The notes under the pieces are model-generated. The model was not told the DNA's origin, did not search any database, and saw only the letters and a program-made list of their open reading frames with translations. Of a stretch of DNA of 40,597 bases, positions 22,976 through 37,353 are shown piece after piece. Origin of the DNA: Octopus sinensis. Taxonomy: Eukaryota. Both the position numbers and the translations under genes were made by a program. Each line of letters begins with the position of its first letter. Position 1 is the stretch's first letter. Where the stretch lies: NCBI RefSeq assembly GCF_006345805.1, contig NW_021835391.1, positions 1 through 40,597 on the forward strand, read 5' to 3'.

Positions 22976-23157
22976 TTTGCACTCGCTGCGCTTGACAACC
23001 GGTATTGGTGTGTTTACATCCCTGTAATTTGGCGATATCATAAGTAGCAGACTTTAAAAACTGTAAAGGTACTTGGGTCGATCTATTCGACTAAAAATTC
23101 TTGAAGGTAGTGCCCCAGCATGGCCGCAGTCCAACGACTAAAACATGTAAAAGGTGG

Positions 23158-23410
23158 TGCAGGAGTGGCTGTGTAGTAAGTAACTTGCTTACCAACCACA
23201 TGGTTCCAGGTTCAGTCCCACTACGTGGCACCTTGCTGTTCTACTATGGCCTCGGATCGACCAAAGCCTTGATTACATCGACACCAATATTTGACTGTGA
23301 CTTATTTTATCGACACCGAATGGATGAATGGCAAAGTCGACTTCGGTGAAATTTGAACTCAGAACGTAAAGCCGGAAGAAATGCCACAAGCATTCTGCCA
23401 GCTCACCGCT
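23158..23410. mobile_element. SINE A head (23158-23270, +) joined to a SINE B fragment (23270-23410, -)
   Basis: GCAGGAGTGGCTGTGTAG…CCAAAGCCTTG is followed by ATTACATCGAC…GGCAAAGTCGAC…GAACTCAGAACG. Confidence 0.7.
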
Positions 23411-23489
23411 TTAATATACAAATATTAATTAGTAACACTAATGATAAAGAGTTGGAAGATGGGTCTTTATGGCCCCCACCACCAACACC

Positions 23490-24865
23490 GATAACACAAA
23501 ATACACAATGACAATCTCTAACAAAAATACCACCAATTTATAACTTAGGAATTAATGGAACAATTCTGAAGCAAATCGATTCTTTTAAATATTTAGGAAC
23601 CACCATTATATCAGATTGGAAAGACATCAAAATAATTAAAGATTGAACAAGTCAAGGCTGCTTTTCGTGAAATCAGACATGTATTCTTTTCTACTCTAGA
23701 AACAAGGCTCGAAATTTTGGGGGGGGGGGGGGACAGTCGATTAGGTCGACGCCACACGCAACTTGCACTTAATTTATCGACCCCGAAAGGATGAAAGGCA
23801 AAGACAACCTTAGCGGAATTTGAACTCAGAACGTAAAGACAGACGAAATACCAATTTCTTTATTGCTCACCAGGGGTCAAACATAGAAATGGACAGAACA
23901 ACTGATGGGATCAGTAAAGCGATATGATTTTAAATATAATGTGACTTTAAAAATTTAAAGACAATATAAAAAAATCGAATGGAATTAACAATACAAAGAC
24001 AATACAAATGAAGCGATGATCAGGCCACGCTCCGATCCCTCAAAAGTATTAAGTCGATTACATCGACCCCAGTGCGTAACTGGTACTTAATTTATGGATC
24101 CCGAAAGGATGAAAGGCAAAGTCGACCTCGGTGGAATTTGAACTCAGAACGTAGCGGCAGACGAAATACCTATTTCTTTACTACCCACAAGGAGCTAAAC
24201 ACAGAGGGGACAAACAAGTACAGACAAACGGATTTATCGATTATATCAACCCCAGTGCGTAACTGGTACTTAATTTATCGACCCCGAAAGGATGAAAGGC
24301 AAAGTCGACCTCGGCGGAATTTGAACTCAGAACATAACAGCAGACGAAATACCGCTAAGCATTTCGCCCGACGTGCTAACGTTTCTGCCAGCTTGCCTCC
24401 TTGAAATCAGGCATGTGTTGTGAAATAAATGGTTGTCGACATGAGTGAGAAAAAATAAACTCAAAAGGTTGACTTAGGACCCGTTTTATGTATGGTTGTG
24501 TGATCTGGAATATCAACAAGCAATTGCAAAATTTTATGAAAAGTCTACAGAGATATAATTCGTTAGAAGAACGATGAAGCTGCCCTGTGCAAACAGAGAA
24601 GCAAACATTGAAGTTCATAGACGAAAAGATTACTTGAAAACATCTCAGCAATAAGAAGACACAAACTAAGCTGATTGAACGCTTAGTAACAGCCAGGAAA
24701 ACTGGAATTAAAAACTTGAGGAAGACAAAGAGAGCGGATACTCAATGGCTTTAATCTCTGGCTACTGAAAAATTGACTGAAAACAATAACTTGCTAAATG
24801 TTGTCTCAAACAAGAATGAGAAGAGATCCATGCTCCTCGACGCCAATAGGCTTGGCACATGGAGA
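23490..24865 (+). pseudogene. RTE-clade LINE reverse-transcriptase/C-terminal remnant, split by a SINE trimer
   Basis: 23490-23690 reads TMTISNK…IYNLGINGTILKQIDSFKYLGTTIISD…IEQVKAAFREIRHV. 24400-24865 reads MYGCVIWNINKQLQ…GKLELKT*GRQRERILNG…RSMLLDANRLGT. These match typical RTE motifs (FKYLG, LLYGCE.W, GKR.RGRQR), with many stops and frameshifts. Confidence 0.75.
23683..24401 (-). mobile_element. Composite SINE B: one head plus three bodies with three different tails, bounded by one 15-bp TSD
   Basis: TSD TGAAATCAG(A/G)CATGT at 23668-23682 and 24402-24416. GACGAAATACC occurs at 23842-23852 and 24160-24170 (both unit junctions) and at 24343-24353 (in the head unit). Confidence 0.85.
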
Positions 24866-25724
24866 TGAGGACTATGTTTAGTAGCTCCCTTGCTACTTCC
24901 AATATTCTGTTTACATTTAGTTTTCTCTTGCAAACTTCAGTACCCTACTTGCTGCTCCTTTCAAAAATCTTCTACTATTTCAGTACTTCCTTGTTAACTC
25001 GATTATTTCCCTCTTGCTTTCAATATTTCTTTACCGCTTTCAAAACACTCCTGCTACTTCCGTACTTCCCTGTTACATTTAACAATCTCCGGCTACCTTC
25101 TCCTCTAAGAATATATACTTTGTTACGATGTTAGATTTATTATGTAACACGAGATGTATCCTGATTATATTTCTTTTATGTTCCTACTCAATAGTACAAA
25201 CGAAACTATATATCATGCATGGTACTACAAATGTATTGATAGTTTTGGTGCTGCTGTTCTTCAAATAATATTTTATATCTTTGATCCTGTCCAAACAGCA
25301 GGGTTTTTTTTTTATTCACGTTCACTTAGCTTTCACATACTGAGAACACGCAAGCGCAAGAGAAAGAGGGGGAGAGGAGGAAGAGATTTACTCTTATCGT
25401 CGCTCTTATACATAACGAATAGGTACTTATCACTCACCCCACCTACTTCTGATCCATGGCGTTATATATCTTTCATTCGTGTCAACATCTTCCATTTTTT
25501 TTGCAATGTCAACTTCCCTCATTTGCTTAACACAATGGACATTTTAGTATCTACGCTAAACCACTCAACAGACAATAGCCAAGAAGTACACAAACTGCAC
25601 GTCATTTGTTGTGCGTAGTTTAAATCATCGATTAAGGGACAGAAACAGACTGAGCCCACCTTCTCCCTACATCATAAATTAGCGTTTGTAAAGCTAACTC
25701 AAAGCACAGAATAAAGCCATCTAT

Positions 25725-26121
25725 TACGACTTTCATCGCCTTCGTCATCGTTGTGATTGGCGAAGGCGGAGGTATTTTCAGTCGTGTTTGTTTGTTTGTT
25801 TCGATTGTCTGTGAACAAAATATCTCAAGAACCACTGGTTGAATTTGGATGAAACTTTCAGAGGTGTTTGGCCTTGTGGTTGGCACAAACTGATTAGATT
25901 TTGGGATCGATCCGATACAGGAAAAGGATTCTGGATTATTTTTCCTGCTTTTTTTTTTACTTCATTTTTAAGAGCGGTCAAGTTCATTTTTAATATTCTC
26001 GTTTGTGAGAGCAGTTGAGATTATTTCAGATATTTTCATTTTAAAAATCATCTCTGGCTAATCGTTGAGAAGACGTTGGTATTGCCTTGGCGGAGGTTTG
26101 CGATCCCTGAGTGCTCTTGCT
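25725..26121 (+). mobile_element. HINE/DINE-1-like non-autonomous Helentron-type element
   Basis: 5' inverted repeat CGCCTTCGTCA / TGGCGAAGGCG (25737-25768), then (TTTG)n, GGCGGAGG repeated near the 3' end (~26089), and T-rich flanks. Confidence 0.5.
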
Positions 26122-26162
26122 ATTATTGTTATTGTTGGTGCTGTTGTTATTATTATTGTTAC

Positions 26163-28164
<2,002 letters not shown>

Positions 28165-28193
<29 letters not shown>

Positions 28194-28266
28194 GTTATTA
28201 TTATTATTATTAGTAGTAGTAGTAGTGGTGGTGGTGGTGGTGGTGGTGGTAGTAGTGGTAGTAGTT

Positions 28267-28302
<36 letters not shown>

Positions 28303-28343
28303 ACAACAGAATCAGCATCAGTAGTAGTAGTTGTTGTTGTTGT

Positions 28344-28384
<41 letters not shown>

Positions 28385-28410
28385 TGGTGGTGTGCTGCTG
28401 CTGGTGGTGG
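28165..28410. repeat. (ATT)(AGT)(GGT)(GCA) compound microsatellite
   Basis: Directly visible. Confidence 0.9.
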
Positions 28411-29020
28411 TGCTTTGAGGCCCATTAAATCACTATGATTTTTTTTTTAGTATTAATATTAGTATTAGTATCATTATGGCTAACTCCTTGCCCTTCGAGG
28501 TACCTCAAATCTCATAATATTTCACTCTAAACAAAGCTACCACCTGGATGAGAGAAAATATTATTCTACGCGACAGCGTGCCAAGAGAGAGAAAAGAAAG
28601 ACGATGACACTAGCTTCTTTGAATGATATTGTCGTTAGAATCCAGAGCACATACAACAGATTATGGCCACTTCGCTGTTGCTATGGAAATTTCAGCTATG
28701 AATTTTGTCGACAATTTATTCTGAGTCTCTTGTATTGTTATGAGATGAGAGTTTTTACGAAGGCAAGAGAATATAGCTGTTTAAACACGTCCTCTTTGCC
28801 AAAGTGGATGAGCTTAGATTTTTAACTGTTTAAATGTGTGCGGATTTTATCTTATCGAATTACATCATACAGATCGGATTGAATTCTTTATCCGTGCACC
28901 TTCCAAGTTGATGACTTCCTAAAGTTTAAAGTTGGCTGCAAATATATTTTATTCGCTGTATTAGACGAGGTTTGTGACGATTAAAAAAAAGAATAAAGCT
29001 TCTTCTTGAGTCATACAGAC

Positions 29021-29545
29021 TCTAAAGGCCGGTTTCCTGACTTCTGCGATGTATATATTAGTCCCCTGGACGGGATGCTAGTCCATCAAAGAATTACTCA
29101 GTTTATCAGCTGATTAGACTGGAGCAACGTGAACGAATGTCAGGCTCACAATCACGACGTAGTGCGTTCGATTCTGGGACCGGGCTCTTATTGTGTTCTT
29201 GAGCAAGACACTTTATTTCACGTTGCTCCAGTTCCCTCAGCTGTAGAAATGAGTTGCGAAGTCACTGGTGCAAGCTGTATCGGCCTTTGCCTTTCCCTTG
29301 GATAACACTGGTGGCGTGGAGAGGGGAGGCCGCTATGCATGGGTGACTGGTGGTCTTCCATAAACAACCTTGCCCGGACTTGTGCCTCGGATTGGAACAT
29401 TGTAGGTGCAATTCCATGGTCATTCATGACCGAAGGGGCTCATTTTTTCCCAAGAACACAATGCATCGCCCGGTGAAAGCATCGAAACCACAATCTGACG
29501 ATCATGAGTAGTCCAGCACTCCTGAACACTGAACCACACACCACT
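29021..29545 (-). mobile_element. SINE family D (minus) interrupted at ~29135-29443 by a related plus-strand SINE
   Basis: The host reads …CTGGAGCAACGTGAA|…|TTCCCAAGAACACAATGC…GAAACCACAATC. The insert carries GTGTTCTTGAGCAAGACACTTTATTTCACGTTGCTCCAG, as does the copy at 40195. Confidence 0.65.
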
Positions 29546-29789
29546 CGTGACACCATTTTATGTAAATTCTACAGAAAAGTGAGGCTAACACAGGGACTTC
29601 GGGGACACCGCTTGTTTACATTTACAGACCCTTCAGTTGACTCCGTCGAACACAGCTTGTCGGTTTAGGGTTCCTGGACATAATAAATCCAGCACAGTAG
29701 TCTTCTGTGGACCCTAATGCTGGATAGTTTTTAACAAAAGAATTTCGTAGCTGATTCAGTTAAAGATTTTGTTGAAGACATATGGCACT

Positions 29790-29930
29790 TTCTTCCAGGG
29801 AAATTCCGAGGAAGGGAAGAAGGGGAGGAAGGACTTTCTGGAAAAATTTGAGGATGGGGATTTCCTGGAAAGTTCGGGGAGGGGAGGAAGGTATTCCTGG
29901 AAAATTCTGAGGAGGGGACTTCCTGGAAAG
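29790..29930. repeat. Degenerate minisatellite containing TTCCTGGAA three times
   Basis: TTCCTGGAA at 29862, 29894 and 29920, plus variant copies. Confidence 0.7.
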
Positions 29931-29975
29931 GTTACATGTATTTGATTCAAGTGTAGAAAGTGCTGTCCTTTGCAA

Positions 29976-29984
<9 letters not shown>

Positions 29985-30006
<22 letters not shown>

Positions 30007-30366
30007 TGTTGAGCGAAGCGGTCTTCGTCCCAGTGGAAGAAGTCCGAAACGTGGTCCTTTGCTATTCGTAAGACCCGCAGAAGAGAAAGCAGGTCAACCC
30101 CCGACAACGAGAGCATCGACAGATGGCTGAATGCGCATCCAGACTCAGCGGTTGCGTAGGAAGTCGGGGATAAGAAACAGGAAGAAAGAGTGAGAGAAAG
30201 TTGGAGCGAAATAGTACAACAGGGACCGCCACCATCCCCTGCCGGTGCCTCGTGGTGTTTTAGGTGTTTTCGCTCAATAAACACACAAAACGCCCGGTCT
30301 GGGAATCGAAACCGCGATCCTTCGACCGCGAGTCCGCTGCCCTAACCACTGGGCCATTGCGCCTCC
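29985..30366 (-). mobile_element. SINE family C with (CAG/CAA)n tail and 14-bp TSD
   Basis: tRNA-like head GGAGGCGCAATGGCCCAGTGGTTAGG…GGTTTCGATTCCC; TSD TGCAACTGCTGCTG at 29971-29984 and 30367-30380. Confidence 0.85.
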
Positions 30367-30749
30367 TGCAACTGCTGCTGTTGCTTCCGGTGCCATTTTA
30401 GTTCATCGATTTTTGTTTCAATTTAATCTTCTCATCTTAGTGAGGGAATTTTTTTTACTCTTAACCTACTGCAGTCTTTCACAAGTCAATGTTGGATTGT
30501 CCTTTGAACCTGTTGGTTACTAAATCCTCACGCTTCTACCTAATAGCTTTGATGTTACTGTTAGTGTGTATGAAAAACTAATCGATAACCGATAGATCAT
30601 ATTTAATTACTCCCCAGGTTTGATTTTTGCAGATACATGTTGACAAGTGGATGCACTAGAATGAATGTCGTTCGCTTAGTTGTTGGAATGTCGGAAACTA
30701 AGAGAATTTTTGCTCTTTTTTTTTCAAATGAGACGTTAACGATAATACC

Positions 30750-30976
30750 TATTTCTTTATTACCCACAAGGGGCTAAACACAGAGGGGACAAACAGGGAC
30801 AGACATAGGTATTAAGTCGATTACATCGACCCCAGTGCGTAACTCGTACTTAATTTATCGACCCCGAAAGGATGAAAGGCAAGGTCGACCTCGGCGGAAT
30901 TTGAACTCACAACGTAACGCAGACGAAATACCGCTAAGCATTTCGCCCGGCGTGCTAACGTTTCTGCCAGCTCGCC
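30750..30976 (-). mobile_element. SINE family B, full length, 14-bp TSD
   Basis: TSD TTAACGATAATACC at 30736-30749 and 30977-30990. Confidence 0.92.
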
Positions 30977-31212
30977 TTAACGATAATACCAGCGATATAT
31001 GAAGTCCAACGCTCGTTTTCTGAGTTTCATTGGCTTGTGCATGAAATATAACAGAGGAAAACATCGCCCATGACGATAATTAGTAAGACTAATACTGTTT
31101 TGTGTGAGGTTACTTGGTGCCAAAGTATTCATGAGCCGATTGACATGAGGAACGTTGAAGTTGTCTAAGATTAACAGGCTTCCAGAATTGCATATTTTGA
31201 TAAAAAGGCTTA

Positions 31213-31415
31213 GGCGCAGGAGTGGCTAGGTAGTAAGTAGCTTGCTTACCAACCACATGGTTCCGGGTTCAGTCCCACTACGTGGCACCTTGGGAAAGTG
31301 TTCTTCTACTATAGCCTCGGGCCGACCAATGCCTTATGAGTAGATTTGGTAGACGGAACTGAAAGAAGACCGTCTATATATATATATATATATATTATAT
31401 ATATTATATATATAC

Positions 31416-31446
<31 letters not shown>

Positions 31447-31665
31447 CTGTTGTGTGTGGTGTGTGTGTGCGTCTGTTTGTGTGCCTGTGTTTGCACCCCC
31501 CCCCCACGTCGCTCGACACCCGATGCTGGTGTGTTTACGTCTCCGTAATTTGGCGGTTCGGCAAAAAGAGAACGATAGAATAACTACTAGGCTTACAAAG
31601 AATAAGTGGTGCTCCAGCATGGCCGCAGTCATATGACTGAAACAAAAGAATCAAAGAATATAAAA
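31213..31665 (+). mobile_element. SINE family A, full length
   Basis: Family A head, body and tail with a (TA)(TG) spacer. Confidence 0.9.
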
Positions 31666-31858
31666 AAGAATTTTATTGAGGAACACTTGGAAGATGCACA
31701 AACATTTTTGAGCGGACTTGTAAAAGCGAATTAATTGTCGTCATTAAATTTACACCAAATTTCATCATTATCTCTAAGTCAATATCATTGGAAGAGCAGA
31801 GGCTGCGTAATCGTAAAATTTCCCAATCAAATACAATATGAAGCATTATTAAATACAG

Positions 31859-32162
31859 GAGGCGCAATGGCCCAGTGGTTAGGGCAGCGGACTCGCGGTT
31901 TCGATTCCCTCAACTTTCTCTCACTTTCTTTCACCTCAACTTTCTCTCACTCCACTCTTACTTCCTGTTTCTGCTGTACCTGTATTTCAAGGGGCCGGCC
32001 TTGTCACTCTCTGTGTCACGCTGAATATCCCCGAGAACTACGTTAAGGGTGCACGTGTCTGTGGAGTGCTCAGCCACTTACACGTTAATTTCACGAGCAG
32101 GCTGTTCCGTTGATTCGGATTAACCGAAACCCTCATCGTCGTAACCGACGGAGTGCTTCCCA
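31859..32162 (+). mobile_element. SINE family C (internally deleted head, different tail), 12-bp TSD
   Basis: Same head as the 30366 copy. TSD TATTAAATACAG at 31847-31858 and 32163-32174. The tail …CCCTCATCGTCGTAACCGACGGAGT resembles 40480-40510. Confidence 0.85.
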
Positions 32163-32437
32163 TATTAAATACAGCCCAATCATGAAGAAAGATGCCCCGC
32201 ATCTAAATTTCAGATTGTTCAATAACAACTGAGAAATCTTAGCCGAGTAAGATTCATTTTGCAATTATTCCAGACACAGAGGCTGGAGGAGTCTTACATG
32301 TAGGTCACTCAGCTTCTTACCGCCCAAGCGATCGCACCTACAGTTAAAGCTACTGACTGGCATCGATGAGAATCATCACCTGTTGCAGAATAAATAAAAT
32401 CTACCATATTAATTAAATAATTTTTCTTCCGTTTATT

Positions 32438-32563
32438 CTACCAAACGCATATATATATAAATATATATACATATGTATGTATGTATGCATGTATGTATGT
32501 ATGTATGTATGTATGTATGTATGTATGTATGCATGCATGTATGTATGTATGCAAGTATGTATG

Positions 32564-32594
<31 letters not shown>

Positions 32595-32990
32595 GTATGT
32601 ATGTATGTATGTATGTATGTATGCATATATGTATGTATGCATGTATGTATGTATGTATGTGTGTATGTATGTGTGTATGTATGTATGTATGTATATAAAT
32701 ACTACCAAACGCATATATATATAATATATATACATATGTATGTATGTATGCATGTATGTATGTATGTATGTATGTATGTATGTATGTTATGTATGCATGT
32801 ATGTATGTATGCAAGTATGTATGTATGTATGTTGAATGTATGTAAGTATGATGTATGTATGTATGTATGTGCATATATGTATGTATGCATGTATGTATGT
32901 ATGTATGTGTGTATGTATGTGTGTATTATGATGTATGTATATAAATACTACCAAACGCACACATATATATATATACTGACAAACGCATGT
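32438..32990. repeat. Higher-order duplication of a (TA)(TATG)n block anchored by CTACCAAACGCA
   Basis: Anchor at 32438, 32702 and 32948, with the same pattern of interruptions in the TATG arrays. Confidence 0.8.
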
Positions 32991-32999
32991 ATATAAGTA

Positions 33000-33358
33000 T
33001 ATAAATATACACATATAAATATATATATAAATGTATATATAAATAACAAGCAGGCTGAGATAATTAATATGTATAATATATATATATATATATATATAAA
33101 TATATGTGTGTGTGTGTGTGTATATATATACACACATATATATACACGCATGTGTGTATATATATATATACACACATATATATACACGCATGTGTGTAAT
33201 ATATATATATATACACACATATATATACACGCATATATAAACCCTTACATACGTGCATATTTAATGTATATGCATACAGGCATACATAGATATATATTTA
33301 TACACACATATATTTACGTAAGTGTATATATATATGTATATATATATACATATATATA

Positions 33359-33390
<32 letters not shown>

Positions 33391-33472
33391 TATCAATAAA
33401 AATGGTAAGACAACAAAGATGAAAGAGAACTCGATATTTTAAATAGAGGATACGTATATATAATATATATAT

Positions 33473-33546
<74 letters not shown>

Positions 33547-33947
33547 TATATATACGTATATTTAAATACATTCATTAATACATACATCCCAATACATATT
33601 TACATACATTCATTAATATATATACATCCCAATATATACATCCCAATATAATTAAACCACACGCACACACACACACACATACACGCACACACATATTTTC
33701 ACAAATCTCTATATGTTAGTGCAAGTGCTCGTATATGTCTGTTTCTGTAAGTATGAATCCGCGTTAGACCCTAACATTATATGAGTTATGAATAATATCA
33801 TAGACAGAGTTAATTATATAATTACATATTAGATTAGGTAATTAGCCCTGGTTAAAATATACTTTGATCTATATTTTTTTAACATATAATTTTGCATAAA
33901 CATGCATGCAATGGTTTTTGTATATATTCGTGTGAATACGTGCATGC

Positions 33948-34004
<57 letters not shown>

Positions 34005-34440
34005 TGAAATTTACAGAAAAAGAAAAGACGAAGACAGATGTATGAACAACGAGCAGGATGTATATATAATATATATATATATGTACGTTGAATGTATTTA
34101 TGCATGTAAGTATGTATGTACATATGTATGTATGTATATATGTATGTATGTATATACGTATGTATGTATGTCTGCATGCAAGTATGTATGCAATTGTGTC
34201 ATACATCTCTTTCCTTACACACGTGCGTTTATGCTCTCTCGTATACGTACAGAGTTGGCTTTCTAGCCTGAATTAAATATGGCGTTCATACACATGCGCG
34301 CATGCAATCACACGGCAAGGAAGTTCTCTGTTGTTTTGCTTCTCTTCGTCTATTCTCTGAGTGTGCTTGCGCGTTTATACAAACAAACACAAATACACAC
34401 ACACACACATACATATATCCAAGCTTACATATATTATATA

Positions 34441-34534
<94 letters not shown>

Positions 34535-36579
34535 TACAGACACACACATAAGTATATAATATATGTATAGATTATGTATTTTATACATATATATGAATTA
34601 ACATACATATATATATATATACGTGCAATATACATTCATATTTATATTTATAAATATTTTATAATGCATTCCACGCACCCAACAACACCCTCACACGCGA
34701 ATATGTTATATATATATAAAGATATGTATTTATGTTTTTGTGTGTTTAATATATATATATATGTATATATATATACACATATCTATATATTTATATATGT
34801 ATATATATATATATATATACATATATATGTATGTATGCATATGTATATAATCTGTCTGCACGTTGTGTGCATAAATGCATTAGCCTACATAAGTGCATTA
34901 GTGGTGCAGAGATCACATTAGTATTTGAGAATGCAACTTTGCCATTCTGTCTTTTAACAGCTCTGATCGACATGTGCAAGCGGCTTATGAATTGAAATGC
35001 TGTGCATCTGCGCAACGTTTGCACAATACTGCATTGTGAAATAAACTGCATCTGTGTGATGTTTTATTTAATCTTTCTTGCTGAAGGTGTGCGTGTTTTT
35101 GTACATGAGTCGGTGTGTGTTATGTGTGTGTGTGTGTTTGTGTTTGTGTGTGTACGTATCACAGGTATATGGCTGTGTGGTTATGAAGCTCGGCTTGCAA
35201 CCTGTTGGTTTGGGATTCGATCTCAGAGCGCAGCGCTTCGTGCATGTGTTTTTCAGTTAAAGGTCCTGCTCGATGAAGGCCTTGTGAGTGAATTTGGTAG
35301 ATGGAAACTGCGTGGAAGCCTTTCATATGTGTGTGTGTGTATGAGTTTGTGCTTCTGTGTGTGTGTGTATGAGTTTGTGCCTCTGTGTGTGTGAGCACGT
35401 ACGCGCGTGTGTGTGTATGCGTGCGTGTATGCTTGTGTGTGTTTGCGTGTGAGTATATCTATATGTCTGTGTGTTTGTGTGTGTGTATGTGTGTCAGTGT
35501 GTGCGCGTGTGTGTGTGTTAGCATTAAGTTGTGCCCGTTACTACCGCTTGAGCGTGTTGGTTTGTTTACCTCCCGTAACCAAATGGTTCAGCAAATATAA
35601 CCAATTGATTAAGTATCAAGCTTTAAAAATAAGTACTGGAGATAGATTTATTCGGCTAAACTTTTCAAGACTTTGCCCCAGCATGGCCGCAGTTCAGTGA
35701 CTGACATGGGTAAAGGATGAAGACTGGACAGCCAAAATAAGGTCGCAAATGTCTAAAAAAAATCGAAATCAAAATGGCGTCGATACATTGTAAGATGAAT
35801 CTGCGCGGTAAAAAGGCGCTATAGTCGCTGTTGGAATGCTTTGAAAAATGGGTCAGTTGGATGAGGTTTTATGTGGGGATAAACAAAAACAACAGCAACA
35901 ACAACTATTGAAGCAGCAGCTGTCATCATCCGGTCGGGCGACTTATACAGACCAATACAAGTCTTCCACAGCAGATGTCCCGATCGTGCGATGCAGCATG
36001 GACGTCTGGCTTGAGTTTTAGTGACGTCGGTTTGTCGCTGGTTGAAATATCCGAGTCTGCGCCGAAGGCAAATGAAATCAGCGACAATAGAAGATTGCAT
36101 TTTGGCGCTTAATTCTGTAAAGTCGTTCGAATGAAACAAGAAGCCAGTCTCTATTCGAGATTTGAACTCGAGGAGAAAAGAAAGACAGACAGACAGAGAC
36201 GGGGAGAGACAGACAGACAGAAGGGGAGAAGGAGAAAGAGAAAAAGAGAGAAACACAGTGAGTCCGAGACAAGTTGATAGGCAGGTGGTCAGGAACATTG
36301 ACAAGCAGACATATAGGCAAACAGGCAGACAGACAGACAGACAGACAGACATGCAAGTAATAAGGCAGACGGACAGGCAAGCAGGCAGGCAGGAAGACAG
36401 ACAAGCATGCTGGTAGACAAACATACAGGAAGACAGACAGACAGACAGACAGACAGATAGGCTGAGACACAGAGCGTCATAAAAAATGGCGAGTAAGAAG
36501 GAATATGTTGTCTGAATTCTGAGCAAAGTACGCGCATCTGTAAGTTTGTGTGTGTCTGTGTGTGCGTATGTGTGTGTGA

Positions 36580-36616
<37 letters not shown>

Positions 36617-37027
36617 AAAGAGAGAGAGAGAGAGATCATTTGTGAAGCGGATACACAGAAAGCAACTTCAACAGCCACAAGCTACAAGAATGAACTTAGA
36701 TCGAAACAAACACATCCCAAAGAAAACGATAACGAAAAATATAAAATGTGTATATATATATGCGTACGTATATGTCCCTGCACACACACACACACACACT
36801 CACACACATACACACACACACACTCACACATACATACATACATACATACATACATACATACATACATACATTAACATACACATCACTATGTGCATGTAAG
36901 AAACATACCAAAGCAACTTCAAGACAGGCAATGTACATCATTAGTATTTATGTGTATGGGGGGAGGCATGTGTAAATACACACGCGCACCTGCATATCCA
37001 TACATTTTTAAACATAACAAAGCACAC

Positions 37028-37078
<51 letters not shown>

Positions 37079-37224
37079 TACACCGCGTAGTAATGAAGTG
37101 CTTAGCTCGTTCGATTTTTAACACGATTTGCTTTGTTGTGTGTCTGTCTATATGTATTTTTGTGTGCGCACACACAAACGAGCGTGCACGTATATATATA
37201 TATATGTATGTATGTATGCATGTA

Positions 37225-37260
<36 letters not shown>

Positions 37261-37310
37261 TGTATGTATGTATGTGTGTGTGCGTGCACGTATATACAAC
37301 CATACGTATT

Positions 37311-37353
<43 letters not shown>

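Noticed and set aside
22589-23047. Asp-rich 128-aa ORF and its antisense counterparts
   Set aside because: A (GAT/GAC)n tract that reads through into a SINE fragment.
25154-25618. 154-aa ORF
   Set aside because: No recognisable motif, and it includes T-runs and purine repeats; consistent with a chance ORF.
29760-30284. 174-aa polyQ-containing ORF
   Set aside because: It lies within a TSD-bounded SINE C and the adjacent minisatellite; the polyQ is the SINE tail.
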